A DNA stretch of 64,000 nucleotides, from assembly GCA_021787205.1 (NCBI GenBank), contig JAJYME010000007.1, positions 10,334 through 74,333 on the forward strand. Direction: 5' to 3'. Under the pieces are notes generated by a model that searched no databases, had not been told where the DNA came from, and worked only from the letters and a program-made list of their open reading frames with translations. Position numbers and translations under genes: made by a program. Positions 29,322 through 38,642 of this stretch are shown piece by piece. Each line of letters opens with the position of its first letter. Positions within the stretch are counted from its first letter, which is position 1. Source of the stretch: a bacterium (GTDB taxonomy: Bacteria; Patescibacteriota; Minisyncoccia; UBA6257; Colwellbacteraceae).

Positions 29322-30608
29322 TTAAGCGATGAAAGGAAATTTGGCGTACTCGCACTTGGGACCAAGCTCTGATTCGATTTCCATCAAGCGGTTATACTTA
29401 GCCACTCTTTCCGAGCGGCAGGGAGCGCCAGTCTTGATCTGACCGGTGCCTAAGGCGACTACCAAGTCAGCAATAAACGTATCCTCCGTTTCGCCGCTCC
29501 TGTGGGAGATGACAGCAGTCATACCGGATCTGAGAGCCAAATTGACGGCGCTCACGGTTTCCGTCAAGGATCCGATCTGATTCAACTTGATCAGAATGGA
29601 ATTGGAAGTTTTTTCTGCGATCCCCCTCTCTAATCTTTTGACGTTAGTGACATAAAGGTCATCACCGACGACCTGCCCTTTGTTATCCAATTCAGCGGTA
29701 AACTTTTGGAAGGCGCTCCAATCATCCTCAGCAAAAATGTCTTCAAAGGAATAAATAGGATATTTTCGGACTAATCCGTGATAGAAGGCGGATAGCTCAT
29801 CTGAAGAAACGTTCTTTCCCTCCTTTTTAAGCTCATAGACCCCGTCTTTGAAAAATTCGGAGGCGGCGGCATCGATTCCAAAAACAATATCCTTTCCCAA
29901 GACATAACCGGCATTCTCGATTGCCTCCTTCATAAGCTCAAACGGTTCCTCATTTGAAGAGACCGCCGGGGCAAAACCGCCCTCATCGCCAACGGCAATG
30001 CCATATTTCTTGCTCTTCAGAACCTTCTTGAGCTGAGCGTAAGTTTCGGCACACATCCTGATAGCATCACTCTCAGTCTTAGCCGCAACCGGCAGGATCA
30101 TATATTCCTGGATATCAGTCGCCCAATCAGCGTGCTTGCCTCCATTCATGACGTTCATCATCGGGACCGGCAGATAGTATTTGCCAGAAAAATCAGGATT
30201 GAACTTGGTCAGATATTCGTAAAGAGGAATGCCTTTTGAAACGGCAGCCGCCCTGGCCACGGCCAGAGAAACAGACAGGATAGCGTTGGCGCCCAGCTTA
30301 GTCTTGTTTTCAGTCCCGTCTAGGGAAATCATAAGGCTGTCAATTTTTTCCTGCTCATCGGCTTCGTGCCCGATGATGGCCGGAGCAATGACTTCCTCCA
30401 CATTCTTGATGGCGGTCAAGACTCCATTGCCTGAATAACGGGATTTATCCCCGTCTCTCAATTCGCACGCTTCATAAGCCCCAGTTGAGGCGCCGGAAGG
30501 AACTGCGGCGGAGCCAGCCGAACCATCTTCCAGAGTGACAGTGGTCTTGATAGTCGGATTTCCGCGGCTATCCAATATTTCCAAAGCCTTTACTGATTTG
30601 ATTTTCAT
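29322..30608 (-). CDS. eno: Enolase
   Basis: [35 protein letters not shown] and SER.AKYN motifs. Confidence 0.98.
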   Translation of the reverse strand: MKIKSVKALEILDSRGNPTIKTTVTLEDGSAGSAAVPSGASTGAYEACELRDGDKSRYSGNGVLTAIKNVEEVIAPAIIGHEADEQEKIDSLMISLDGTENKTKLGANAILSVSLAVARAAAVSKGIPLYEYLTKFNPDFSGKYYLPVPMMNVMNGGKHADWATDIQEYMILPVAAKTESDAIRMCAETYAQLKKVLKSKKYGIAVGDEGGFAPAVSSNEEPFELMKEAIENAGYVLGKDIVFGIDAAASEFFKDGVYELKKEGKNVSSDELSAFYHGLVRKYPIYSFEDIFAEDDWSAFQKFTAELDNKGQVVGDDLYVTNVKRLERGIAEKTSNSILIKLNQIGSLTETVSAVNLALRSGMTAVISHRSGETEDTFIADLVVALGTGQIKTGAPCRSERVAKYNRLMEIESELGPKCEYAKFPFIA

Positions 30609-30704
30609 AACTTGGTCATTATACCTTAAAAACCCGGTTTTTTAAAGAATGGAACAACAAAAAAAACCGCCAATAAAGGCGGTTTTATTATCTAACACAT
30701 AAAC

Positions 30705-31970
30705 TTACAGAAATGTAAAAGTCGAGATTATTTTATCCATTGATTTTTTGTAAATATCGTCACTACCGGTGTATTTAAATATTAAATACAAGTCATAAAA
30801 AGGAGTAATCGTAGTTGATCCGACTATTCTATTGTTTTTATTACATATATATTGTTTAGCTTTTTCCCCGCCAATGCTTATCTCCGAAACTGCAGTCTGG
30901 CACTCTGGGATAAATGCATCGACTTGCTCTTTTCTTACAAGTCTAATGACTAGCGTATGGTCATAACTACAAGCGGCAAATAACTCTTCTTTTATCGCTT
31001 TCCTTTCTTTTTCGCTTTCATCCGACACATCACTACATCTTAAATCGTCCCCATTAAACGTTAAACTATCCTTATCAAACCATGTTTTGTAAAATTTAAA
31101 CATAAATCCGTGTCCACCAATAATCTTATAGTATGTATTGTAATCTCCATCATCATCCCACTCCTTGTTCAGCATCGGATTTTCCCCTGGAGGAATAGTG
31201 AATCTAAGATTAGCAACAGTTTTTTTAAAATCATCTTTATCAATTTTACGTGACCATATCATCATTCTCAAATCACCTATTGGAATAATATATCCCATTA
31301 ATTTTTCTTTATCGTCAACATCACAATAGTCATCATCACATGCTATGTATTTAGTACTCTTTATTCCAGATATTTCAACTTTTTCTGTCTCTTTTGCATG
31401 ATTTTTCAAAAAATTGTCGGCAAACAACTTTGTAGTGACATTTATTGAAACCGGATCGGTAAATTTATTATCGCCGTTTTCATCGACATACCATCTGGCA
31501 AGTCGAGTATATAGCTTACTATAATAATTCATCCCTACTTGCTCATTTAATATATTCCATTCCTTAGGGAAGGATACTTCAAAACCGAATTTAGGACAGG
31601 AATAGGTTTTGGTGCCATCTTCGTTTACGGTAATTTTAGAAACCCTGGCTATCGGATCAAGATTATCTGTATGCTGGTCGTGATCGATAGTAACCATTTT
31701 TTTCTCGGCCTCAGTTAATCCAAGCCATTTGATCAATCTTTCCCGGTCCGTTTCTTTGTTATCTTCTTGATTCTCTTGATCGTTTTTTTGGTTTTGCTCT
31801 ATGTTGGATTTAATGGAAAATTCCTTCTTGTTCTCTTTCTTAGAATTATTAACAATCTTAGGAGAAATAATAGGATAAAATCTTATAACGATTACAGAAA
31901 CACAAGCAAAAATAATAAAAGACAAAGTTACGACTAATATTGATTTCTTTGAGGGTTTTATAAATTTCAT
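30705..31970 (-). CDS. Membrane-anchored hypothetical protein with PsbP-like repeats, AT-rich
   Basis: N-terminal TM, low-complexity linker, Y....GF...FP..W motif occurring twice, and a C-terminal IISTFTF. 4-bp overlap with the upstream gene. Confidence 0.7.
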   Translation of the reverse strand: MKFIKPSKKSILVVTLSFIIFACVSVIVIRFYPIISPKIVNNSKKENKKEFSIKSNIEQNQKNDQENQEDNKETDRERLIKWLGLTEAEKKMVTIDHDQHTDNLDPIARVSKITVNEDGTKTYSCPKFGFEVSFPKEWNILNEQVGMNYYSKLYTRLARWYVDENGDNKFTDPVSINVTTKLFADNFLKNHAKETEKVEISGIKSTKYIACDDDYCDVDDKEKLMGYIIPIGDLRMMIWSRKIDKDDFKKTVANLRFTIPPGENPMLNKEWDDDGDYNTYYKIIGGHGFMFKFYKTWFDKDSLTFNGDDLRCSDVSDESEKERKAIKEELFAACSYDHTLVIRLVRKEQVDAFIPECQTAVSEISIGGEKAKQYICNKNNRIVGSTTITPFYDLYLIFKYTGSDDIYKKSMDKIISTFTFL

Positions 31971-33724
31971 TGATTTTCCGCCAAAACAGCTTTGTTATTT
32001 TCTATATATAAAGTATACCCCTTCTTTGCAATCTTATTCAACGGAATGTTATCTAATAGAACATTTTTCTTTCCTTTTATTGCTATTTCTAGAGAAAATA
32101 TTTTATTAAGAGAAACGTTGTCCTTTGGAATGATGCTTATTTTATATTTTCCATTTTTTTCATCATCCCAATATACGACTTCCTTATTTTTATCATCTCT
32201 TGAATATTTCAGGACTTTATCGCTTTTTTGTTTTTTCTCTGATTTTGTTGAAATAATTATCCCTTCAGGATTGGCAATAACCATATCTACTGTTGATGTG
32301 GCTTGAATAATTGCAGCAATTTGAGGATTGGGATTTACGCGCCGAATATCCTCATTGGGATTGAATATGTAGCCTTGATAGGTTTTGAAATCTGACAGCT
32401 GCGACCCTCCTATTCCAAAAGATATATTCGATTCAACTACCTCAACATTTGGCACAAGATTACCCGAATATATACCCACATGACCCTTTTGATTAGTCCC
32501 GTTTTTGCTTAAAAATAATAAGTCCCCAGGCTGTTTTTCAGCCTCAGAAACGGCATACGTATTAGCGCTATTGCTAAATTGACCTTGAGCATTTTCATCG
32601 TGAATGGCGTTATACAGACGGTTTTTAATAGGATCATACGAACGATTATATGACCACGATGAGAGACCGGAGCAATCAAGTCCTTCGCCCCATCTGGCCG
32701 CATCGTATCTGGCATCGTAGTAATAATAACCATCTTTTATCTGAGTTGAGGAGACATATCCTCCATTGTTTTGATCCCATCCCTTACCACCCCACGTTGC
32801 CCCGTCACCGAGATACGGAGCGCCAAAAGCTGAGTGGGCCTGTTTTATTGCTCTAAATGTCAAGGGATAATTAACTGAAAAATCAGTATTGTTTGCAATT
32901 CCAAACTCAGACCATGAAGAATATTTGTTGTTTGTTTCGTCAAACACCCTAACCCTCCAACGGTAAGATCCGTCCTTTATTTCTTTTATCCTTATCTCAG
33001 TCTCATTACTACCTGATGCATTTGTCGGATTTCCGGTGAATTGGCTGCTTGTGTCAATAACTTCCGCTTGCAATCTTAGACTACCTCCAATAGGAGAGGA
33101 AACTGTCGCTTTTATTGTCACAGCATCATTATTTACTAAACCCCCTTCTGGAATTACTATTGCTCCATCCTCGGTATATTGACCAAAAGAAACAATATAG
33201 GGAGCTTGGAGATCTATTGGATTCCTCAACGGCTGACTATCCGTCACGTTCTGACTGACTTGATAAGGAGAATCGCAAAACCCGTCTACATCCGCATCAA
33301 CACAACTTGTGTTTTTGGAGTAGTAATCATTATTGGCAGCAAAGGTGACGTTAGCTGCTCCAATATCATCTCCGGAATTATTGATAAAATTGTTATTGTG
33401 TATATTCGGAGTGGCACAGTTACTGCTATAAATGCCTGAATAAAAAGAATTGGAAAGGGTATTATTATAAGCCGAGAAATTTGAGGAACAAACAGCTATT
33501 CCATTAGCTTTGGACGAGTCAATAATACTGTGATGAATCTTATTGCCATCCCCGTAAGAGACAGACAATCCTGATTCCCTATTATTATTTAATTCGGAAT
33601 CGATTATCTCACTGTTATTAGATTGATAAAGAAGTATTCCGTCGAAGTTATCTGATGAATGTATATTTTCGAGCACTATGTTGTCCGAATACCAGGAAGA
33701 TACCCCCGCCCCGCCACTGACCAT
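31967..33724 (-). CDS. Beta-helix (NosD/CASH) + Ig-like + NlpC/P60 cell-wall hydrolase, apparently 5'-truncated
   Basis: N-rich beta-helix repeats (N..G I.L..S), Y.WRVR Ig motif, and NlpC/P60 GLDCSGL...PGDLLF...HVGIY. No signal peptide, and the ORF begins mid-repeat. Confidence 0.8.
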   Translation of the reverse strand: MVSGGAGVSSWYSDNIVLENIHSSDNFDGILLYQSNNSEIIDSELNNNRESGLSVSYGDGNKIHHSIIDSSKANGIAVCSSNFSAYNNTLSNSFYSGIYSSNCATPNIHNNNFINNSGDDIGAANVTFAANNDYYSKNTSCVDADVDGFCDSPYQVSQNVTDSQPLRNPIDLQAPYIVSFGQYTEDGAIVIPEGGLVNNDAVTIKATVSSPIGGSLRLQAEVIDTSSQFTGNPTNASGSNETEIRIKEIKDGSYRWRVRVFDETNNKYSSWSEFGIANNTDFSVNYPLTFRAIKQAHSAFGAPYLGDGATWGGKGWDQNNGGYVSSTQIKDGYYYYDARYDAARWGEGLDCSGLSSWSYNRSYDPIKNRLYNAIHDENAQGQFSNSANTYAVSEAEKQPGDLLFLSKNGTNQKGHVGIYSGNLVPNVEVVESNISFGIGGSQLSDFKTYQGYIFNPNEDIRRVNPNPQIAAIIQATSTVDMVIANPEGIIISTKSEKKQKSDKVLKYSRDDKNKEVVYWDDEKNGKYKISIIPKDNVSLNKIFSLEIAIKGKKNVLLDNIPLNKIAKKGYTLYIENNKAVLAENQ

Positions 33725-33838
33725 AAAGTGTTAAGAAAAGGTAAAAAAATTGTTAAGGAATTGTTAAGAGATATCAAAAAAAACCGCATAAAATGCGGTT
33801 TTTATTTACTGCTTTTGGGAATAAAAAGTTATCCACAG
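33725..33838. repeat. Copy 1 of a 113/114-bp direct repeat (phased TGTTAA boxes, terminator hairpin, DnaA box)
   Basis: Identical to 53320-53432 except for one A in a homopolymer run. Confidence 0.95.
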
Positions 33839-33881
33839 GGAGAAAATAAAAACACCCGGGAAACCGGTTGTTTTTATTTTC

Positions 33882-34928
33882 TTATAAAATCAAGTCCAAA
33901 AGGAAAATGACAAGTCCGACAGAAGCCGAAACCCAAGCGATAATCCAGGCTCGCATAGTGATCTGGGTTTCCGGCATTCCGATCGCCTCAAAGTGATGAT
34001 GGATCGGAGTCGACAGAAAGAGCTTCTTCTTGAAGACTTTCTTGTAGACCTTCTGGATGATGACCGTAATCGACTCCATCATAGGAATGAAGGCGATGAA
34101 AGGCAAAAGAAGAGCGGAGTTGGTCAAGAGAGCGATGATACCCATAGTAATCCCAAGACACATCGAACCGGTATCTCCCATAAAGAATTTGGCCGGATTG
34201 ACATTATTCCACAAGAAAGCGATCAGGGCGCCGATTATCGCTCCCGTAAAGGCCGCCAAATCATATCGCCCCATAAGAAAAGCGATAATTCCCAAGGCGG
34301 CGAAAATGAAGATGGAGACGCCTCCCAAAAGGCCGTCCAAACCGTCAGTTTCGTTAGCCGAGAAGGCGGAAGCCATGATTATGAAAATGAAAAACGGGAC
34401 ATACCACCAGCCGATATCAAAATTGCCAAAGAAAGGAACGTGCAAAACGTGCCAATCCAGGAATCTCGGAGAGAAGAACCAGAAAGCGCCGATTCCGCCC
34501 ATAACAGCATAAACGGAGAGCCTGATTCTCATCGAAAGGCCACCCCCCTTAGGTCCGATTCTCAGAACGCCTAAAATATCGTCCGCAAGCCCGACCAGGG
34601 CGGCAAAGACTAAGGCCAGAATCGGAAGATAAGTCTCAGCCCGGTTGACGATATTCAAATGGACGAACCGACCGCCGAAAAGATTAGCAGCCAGACTCGT
34701 CAAAAGGACGACGATCAAGACAGCGGCCCAAATGATGATCCCTCCCATAGTCGGAGTGCCCGCTTTTTTAGAATGAAGAGAGGCAAAAACCGGAGCGGCT
34801 TCAGCTGATTTGATCTGTTTCTTAACGCCGAATTTCTTAAGCAAACGGAAGACTATCGGAGTCAAGGCGGTCGCCGCTGCGAAAGAAAGAAGGAAAATGG
34901 AAATTATTTTTACAACCTGAACAAGCAT
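33882..34928 (-). CDS. mraY: Phospho-N-acetylmuramoyl-pentapeptide transferase
   Basis: K.GTPTMGG, G.ADD, N.TDGLDGL, FMGDTGS and PIHHHFE motifs. Confidence 0.97.
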   Translation of the reverse strand: MLVQVVKIISIFLLSFAAATALTPIVFRLLKKFGVKKQIKSAEAAPVFASLHSKKAGTPTMGGIIIWAAVLIVVLLTSLAANLFGGRFVHLNIVNRAETYLPILALVFAALVGLADDILGVLRIGPKGGGLSMRIRLSVYAVMGGIGAFWFFSPRFLDWHVLHVPFFGNFDIGWWYVPFFIFIIMASAFSANETDGLDGLLGGVSIFIFAALGIIAFLMGRYDLAAFTGAIIGALIAFLWNNVNPAKFFMGDTGSMCLGITMGIIALLTNSALLLPFIAFIPMMESITVIIQKVYKKVFKKKLFLSTPIHHHFEAIGMPETQITMRAWIIAWVSASVGLVIFLLDLIL

Positions 34929-34930
34929 GG

Positions 34931-35923
34931 TTAATTGTTTTTATTTTTATCGTTGTCTGACTTTTGTTTTTCCGTTAGGAAAGCGATTATCTTCTTCGCC
35001 TCGGTAATCCTATCCTCGGCGCCAAAGATCATAATGACCACTCTTTTGTTATTCAACGAAAAGGTAGAAATAAGATTCTGTCGGGCATCATCGGTGAACC
35101 CGGTCTTGCCGCCAACAAACCTGGGGTCATAAACCAGCTGATTGATATTGGTCAAAGTGCGGGTCTTGCCGCCATTAATTTCCGTGATCGAAGCCTTGGT
35201 CTTATGAGAAGCCGAAAAGATCTCCGGATGATTCTGCCAAACGTACTTCGTGAGAAGCATCAAATCGGAAAGGGACGACTGGTTCAGTGAGGACATTCCT
35301 GAAGGCTCATTGTAGTAAGTGTTCAACATCCCCAAGTCGTGGGCTTTTTTGTTCATCAAATCGACGAACTTATTCCCTTCCATATTCTCCGACAAGGCAA
35401 CGGCGGCCTTATTGCTCGATACGACCATCATCGAAGTGATGAGATCCTGAACGGTATAGGTTTCCCCGGCGTGGAAGTCTCCGGCGGTGCCATAAGCATC
35501 GGCGGCCTTCTCGCTCAAGATAACCTTGTCATCGAGTTTGTAGTTTTCCAAAGCGATTGTCGCCGTCATCACCTTGCTTAGTGAAGCTATCGGCCAGCGT
35601 CTCTCCTCATTCAAGACAAAATATTTTTCTCCAGTATCCAAGTCTATCGCCACAGCGGATTCGACCGCCAGATTATCCGGAAACTTCTTATCATCAGTCT
35701 TATCTTTCGGCGGAGCGACGTTTATTTCCGGTTTGCTCAAAAGCTCGGTTTCCGAATTCTTGATCGGCATCTCCTGATTGACCGGGACCATCACCTCGGC
35801 TTTGAATTGCTCGCTTCCGGCTCTGACTCCTTCCTTGGGGATAGCAAGGGCAAGCTTGGCGCCGACACCGATCAAGACAAACAAGGCAAAACCGATTACT
35901 ATTTTAATCTCCTGTTTCTTCAT
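34931..35923 (-). CDS. D-alanyl-D-alanine carboxypeptidase (peptidase S11)
   Basis: N-terminal TM, ASLSK (SxxK), SSN (SxN) and GKTG motifs. Confidence 0.92.
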   Translation of the reverse strand: MKKQEIKIVIGFALFVLIGVGAKLALAIPKEGVRAGSEQFKAEVMVPVNQEMPIKNSETELLSKPEINVAPPKDKTDDKKFPDNLAVESAVAIDLDTGEKYFVLNEERRWPIASLSKVMTATIALENYKLDDKVILSEKAADAYGTAGDFHAGETYTVQDLITSMMVVSSNKAAVALSENMEGNKFVDLMNKKAHDLGMLNTYYNEPSGMSSLNQSSLSDLMLLTKYVWQNHPEIFSASHKTKASITEINGGKTRTLTNINQLVYDPRFVGGKTGFTDDARQNLISTFSLNNKRVVIMIFGAEDRITEAKKIIAFLTEKQKSDNDKNKNN

Positions 35924-36452
35924 TTCTTTCAATCATTTTTTTCAACTCCCTATACCTTGCAAATTCAGGCAAGTTTTCGATCTTTTCGACACCAAGACGC
36001 TTCAAGATATCAGCCGTCGGACGGTAAAGATAGGCATTAGCTTTTTCCGGATGAGGAATCCTTTCAATCAACCCCCTCAACATCAAAGTCCTGATTGAGA
36101 AGGATGAGTTCACCCCTCTAATGTATTCCACCGAGGAGCGGCTGATCGGACCAAGGTAAGAAATGATGGCTAGGATCTCCGTCGCCGCCGGCGTCAGGTC
36201 TTCGTCGATTTCGGTCTTTAATATTTTTTCTATCGTTTCGGAATGCTTGGCCGAAGTGACGAGCTCATATGACCCTTCGTGCTCGAACAAAGACAGTCCC
36301 GAATTTGACTGGTTATAATAATTTCTAAGCTCTTCAAGATTTTTGATGACTTCGTCATCTTTCAAGTCCATTATGCCTGCAATTTTTTTCACATTCGCCG
36401 GCTCCCCAAATGCAAAGAGAACCGCCTCCAACTTTGACAAGGTATCGTTCAT
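35904..36452 (-). CDS. scpB: SMC-Scp complex subunit ScpB
   Basis: LEAVLF..GEP, L..AA.E.LAII.Y..P.SR..VE.IRGVNS motifs. Confidence 0.94.
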   Translation of the reverse strand: MNDTLSKLEAVLFAFGEPANVKKIAGIMDLKDDEVIKNLEELRNYYNQSNSGLSLFEHEGSYELVTSAKHSETIEKILKTEIDEDLTPAATEILAIISYLGPISRSSVEYIRGVNSSFSIRTLMLRGLIERIPHPEKANAYLYRPTADILKRLGVEKIENLPEFARYRELKKMIERNEETGD

Positions 36453-36517
36453 AATTTCCCTTATTTTAACTCATTCTGAACAAAAAATAAAACAAAGCCG
36501 GGGGCTTTGTTTTATGG

Positions 36518-37222
36518 TCAGTTGGAACGGATGGTGATGTCTGAAAAGTGGGAATCCTGTTGGATCGAAATCTTGTTCTCGCGAAGAAGGTTTAGGACGG
36601 CGATGAAGAAGATGATCACCTCTCTTTTGTCCTTTCCGGAGGCGACGTCGGAAAACTTGGTAATCCTGCCGGAGACCCTGTCCCAAAGATTGGCGATGTA
36701 TTCTTCCAGATTAAGAGCATCATACTTTTCATAGCGTTTTTCCAGCTCCTCGATGATATTGATGGATTTCTTAAGGTTGAGGAGCAAGATCTCCGCTGTC
36801 AGGTTCTGGGGAGGGAGAAAGACAACCTTGTCGTCAGCCTTCTTTCTCTTTCTCTCCGGACGGGAAAATAATGTCTGTCTCTTGCCATATAATTCGCCAA
36901 AGAGAATGGTGGCGCCCTTAAATTGCTGATAAATCTTCAACCTCTCTTCAAGGTCGGTTATCTGCTCCTCTTCTTCCGGAGTCAGCTCGATATCAGGCAC
37001 CAAGTCCCTGGACTTAATAAGCATCAATCGGGCGGCAACGCTGATAAAATCCGCCAGAAGCCTCGGATGGGCATTGCTTAAGGAATTCACGAAGTCCACA
37101 AAATCTCCGGTGACCTTAGCCAGGTCAACTGACCTGATCTCATATTTCTTGTCCTCGATCAGGGAGAGCAGCTTTGAGATCGGACCGGAAAAGTTTTCCA
37201 AATTTATTTCGTAAATCGGCAT
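36518..37222 (-). CDS. scpA: Segregation/condensation protein ScpA (kleisin)
   Basis: F.GP...LL.LIE, F..VAA.L..IKSR.L.P and F.A.L.L...I.I.Q...F.DI motifs. Confidence 0.92.
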   Translation of the reverse strand: MPIYEINLENFSGPISKLLSLIEDKKYEIRSVDLAKVTGDFVDFVNSLSNAHPRLLADFISVAARLMLIKSRDLVPDIELTPEEEEQITDLEERLKIYQQFKGATILFGELYGKRQTLFSRPERKRKKADDKVVFLPPQNLTAEILLLNLKKSINIIEELEKRYEKYDALNLEEYIANLWDRVSGRITKFSDVASGKDKREVIIFFIAVLNLLRENKISIQQDSHFSDITIRSN

Positions 37223-37223
37223 T

Positions 37224-38642
37224 TTAATTTTGGGTTTGATATCTTGATTTTACCAAATCTATCAATTTAATGACATCGTGTTTGGCATTGTTGGAGTCGA
37301 TAACTACCACTCCCAGGTTTCTTTCACTCTCCCCTATCTTCATCTTGAAGACGGCAATCATCGATTCCTTTTCAGTGTATTTGCCGATCTTGCCGCCGGC
37401 AAACTCCGACTCCTCGGGAATAAGGTTAAAATTCTCCAAGTTCTCGTATCGGAAAAAATCATTCTGCGGTTTGATCGAATTGCTGGAGATGCCCCAGATG
37501 AAAGGACGGTCGTTCTCGATGTATTGGGCAAGCTCCATAAGGTCGGAGGCGGTGCTTGTATTGTCATACAAGACTCCCGAGGAATCGGCAAAAAAGGAGC
37601 TACTCATTCCGATGGCTCTGGCCTTGTCATTCATCAAGGAAACGAATCTCTTGGTCCCGATGTTCCTGGCGAAGACTTCTGCCGCCTCGTTTGACGATTC
37701 GTTGATGAGAGGGAAAAGCAGGTTATAAGACGAGACCATATCCTCGGCGGAAAATCTCGGCTTCGTAGTCTTCACAAGCGCTTCCGCCGGAACGTAGATA
37801 TCCTTGTTCAAATTCACATATTCCATGGCGATCAAAGCAGTCAGGAGCTTGGTGAGAGAAGCGACCGAATACGGCTGGTTCTCGTTCTTATTATAAAACA
37901 CAAAACCATTGTTAAGATCCCTGACCAGATAGGCGCTTGATGTCACATCCGCCGCTTCGGCGTTATCCGTCTTTTTCTCGTAAACAAAGCTGTCGTCGAG
38001 GAGTGATTGTTTGTAAACCAGGACCGGCATACCGATGCTCGCCAGCGAGAAAACGTTTTCCGCATCAGGGGTTTCAAGCCGGATACAACCGCCGGAGTAG
38101 GAGGAGACCACCGGCTCTCCACCTTCATAATACGGCCAGCCATGAATGAAGAAATTTCCTTGGAAAACCATACTCCAGGGCTGATAAACATGGCCGAAGG
38201 AAGAAAAATGATTGGCCTCCTTGTTCTTGATCTCATAAAGGCCGGATGGAGTCTCCCACCAAGAGTTATCCTTGCCTTTGGCGACAATCTTGACCTCCTT
38301 CAGGACTTCCCCGCCCTTCCAGACCCTTAAAACCATCCCTGTCAGGTCAGCTTCGATAAAATCAACCCTGTTAGCAATAAAATCCTCCCTGGCTTTCTGA
38401 AAAAAATTCTCGGTCCTTACCGTCTCGATTTCCTTGATTTTTGGTTCAATCAAGATATTCCCCTGATCGGAAGCAATAGTCGGATAATCGATCTCGGTCA
38501 CCTTCTTGGCCTTGATAAATTCATAAAAAAACAAAAACAAGCCGGAGATAACGGCGATGGCGATGATAATCCTGATGATTGTTCCGCTTATTTTTGTTTT
38601 TGGGGTTTCTAATGCTAATTCTTTCTCGTTTTCAATCTCCAT
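37224..38642 (-). CDS. Fusion: L,D-transpeptidase (YkuD) + peptidase S11 DD-carboxypeptidase
   Basis: N-terminal TM, ETPSG, FIHGW...S.GCIRL (LDT), then ASLTK, SSN and GKIG (S11). Confidence 0.88.
   Translation of the reverse strand: MEIENEKELALETPKTKISGTIIRIIIAIAVISGLFLFFYEFIKAKKVTEIDYPTIASDQGNILIEPKIKEIETVRTENFFQKAREDFIANRVDFIEADLTGMVLRVWKGGEVLKEVKIVAKGKDNSWWETPSGLYEIKNKEANHFSSFGHVYQPWSMVFQGNFFIHGWPYYEGGEPVVSSYSGGCIRLETPDAENVFSLASIGMPVLVYKQSLLDDSFVYEKKTDNAEAADVTSSAYLVRDLNNGFVFYNKNENQPYSVASLTKLLTALIAMEYVNLNKDIYVPAEALVKTTKPRFSAEDMVSSYNLLFPLINESSNEAAEVFARNIGTKRFVSLMNDKARAIGMSSSFFADSSGVLYDNTSTASDLMELAQYIENDRPFIWGISSNSIKPQNDFFRYENLENFNLIPEESEFAGGKIGKYTEKESMIAVFKMKIGESERNLGVVVIDSNNAKHDVIKLIDLVKSRYQTQN

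Noticed and set aside
33829-33837. oriC based on DnaA boxes (TTATCCACA here and at 53423)
   Set aside because: There is only one box per site, with no cluster and no adjacent dnaA or dnaN. The two boxes belong to the same duplicated segment.
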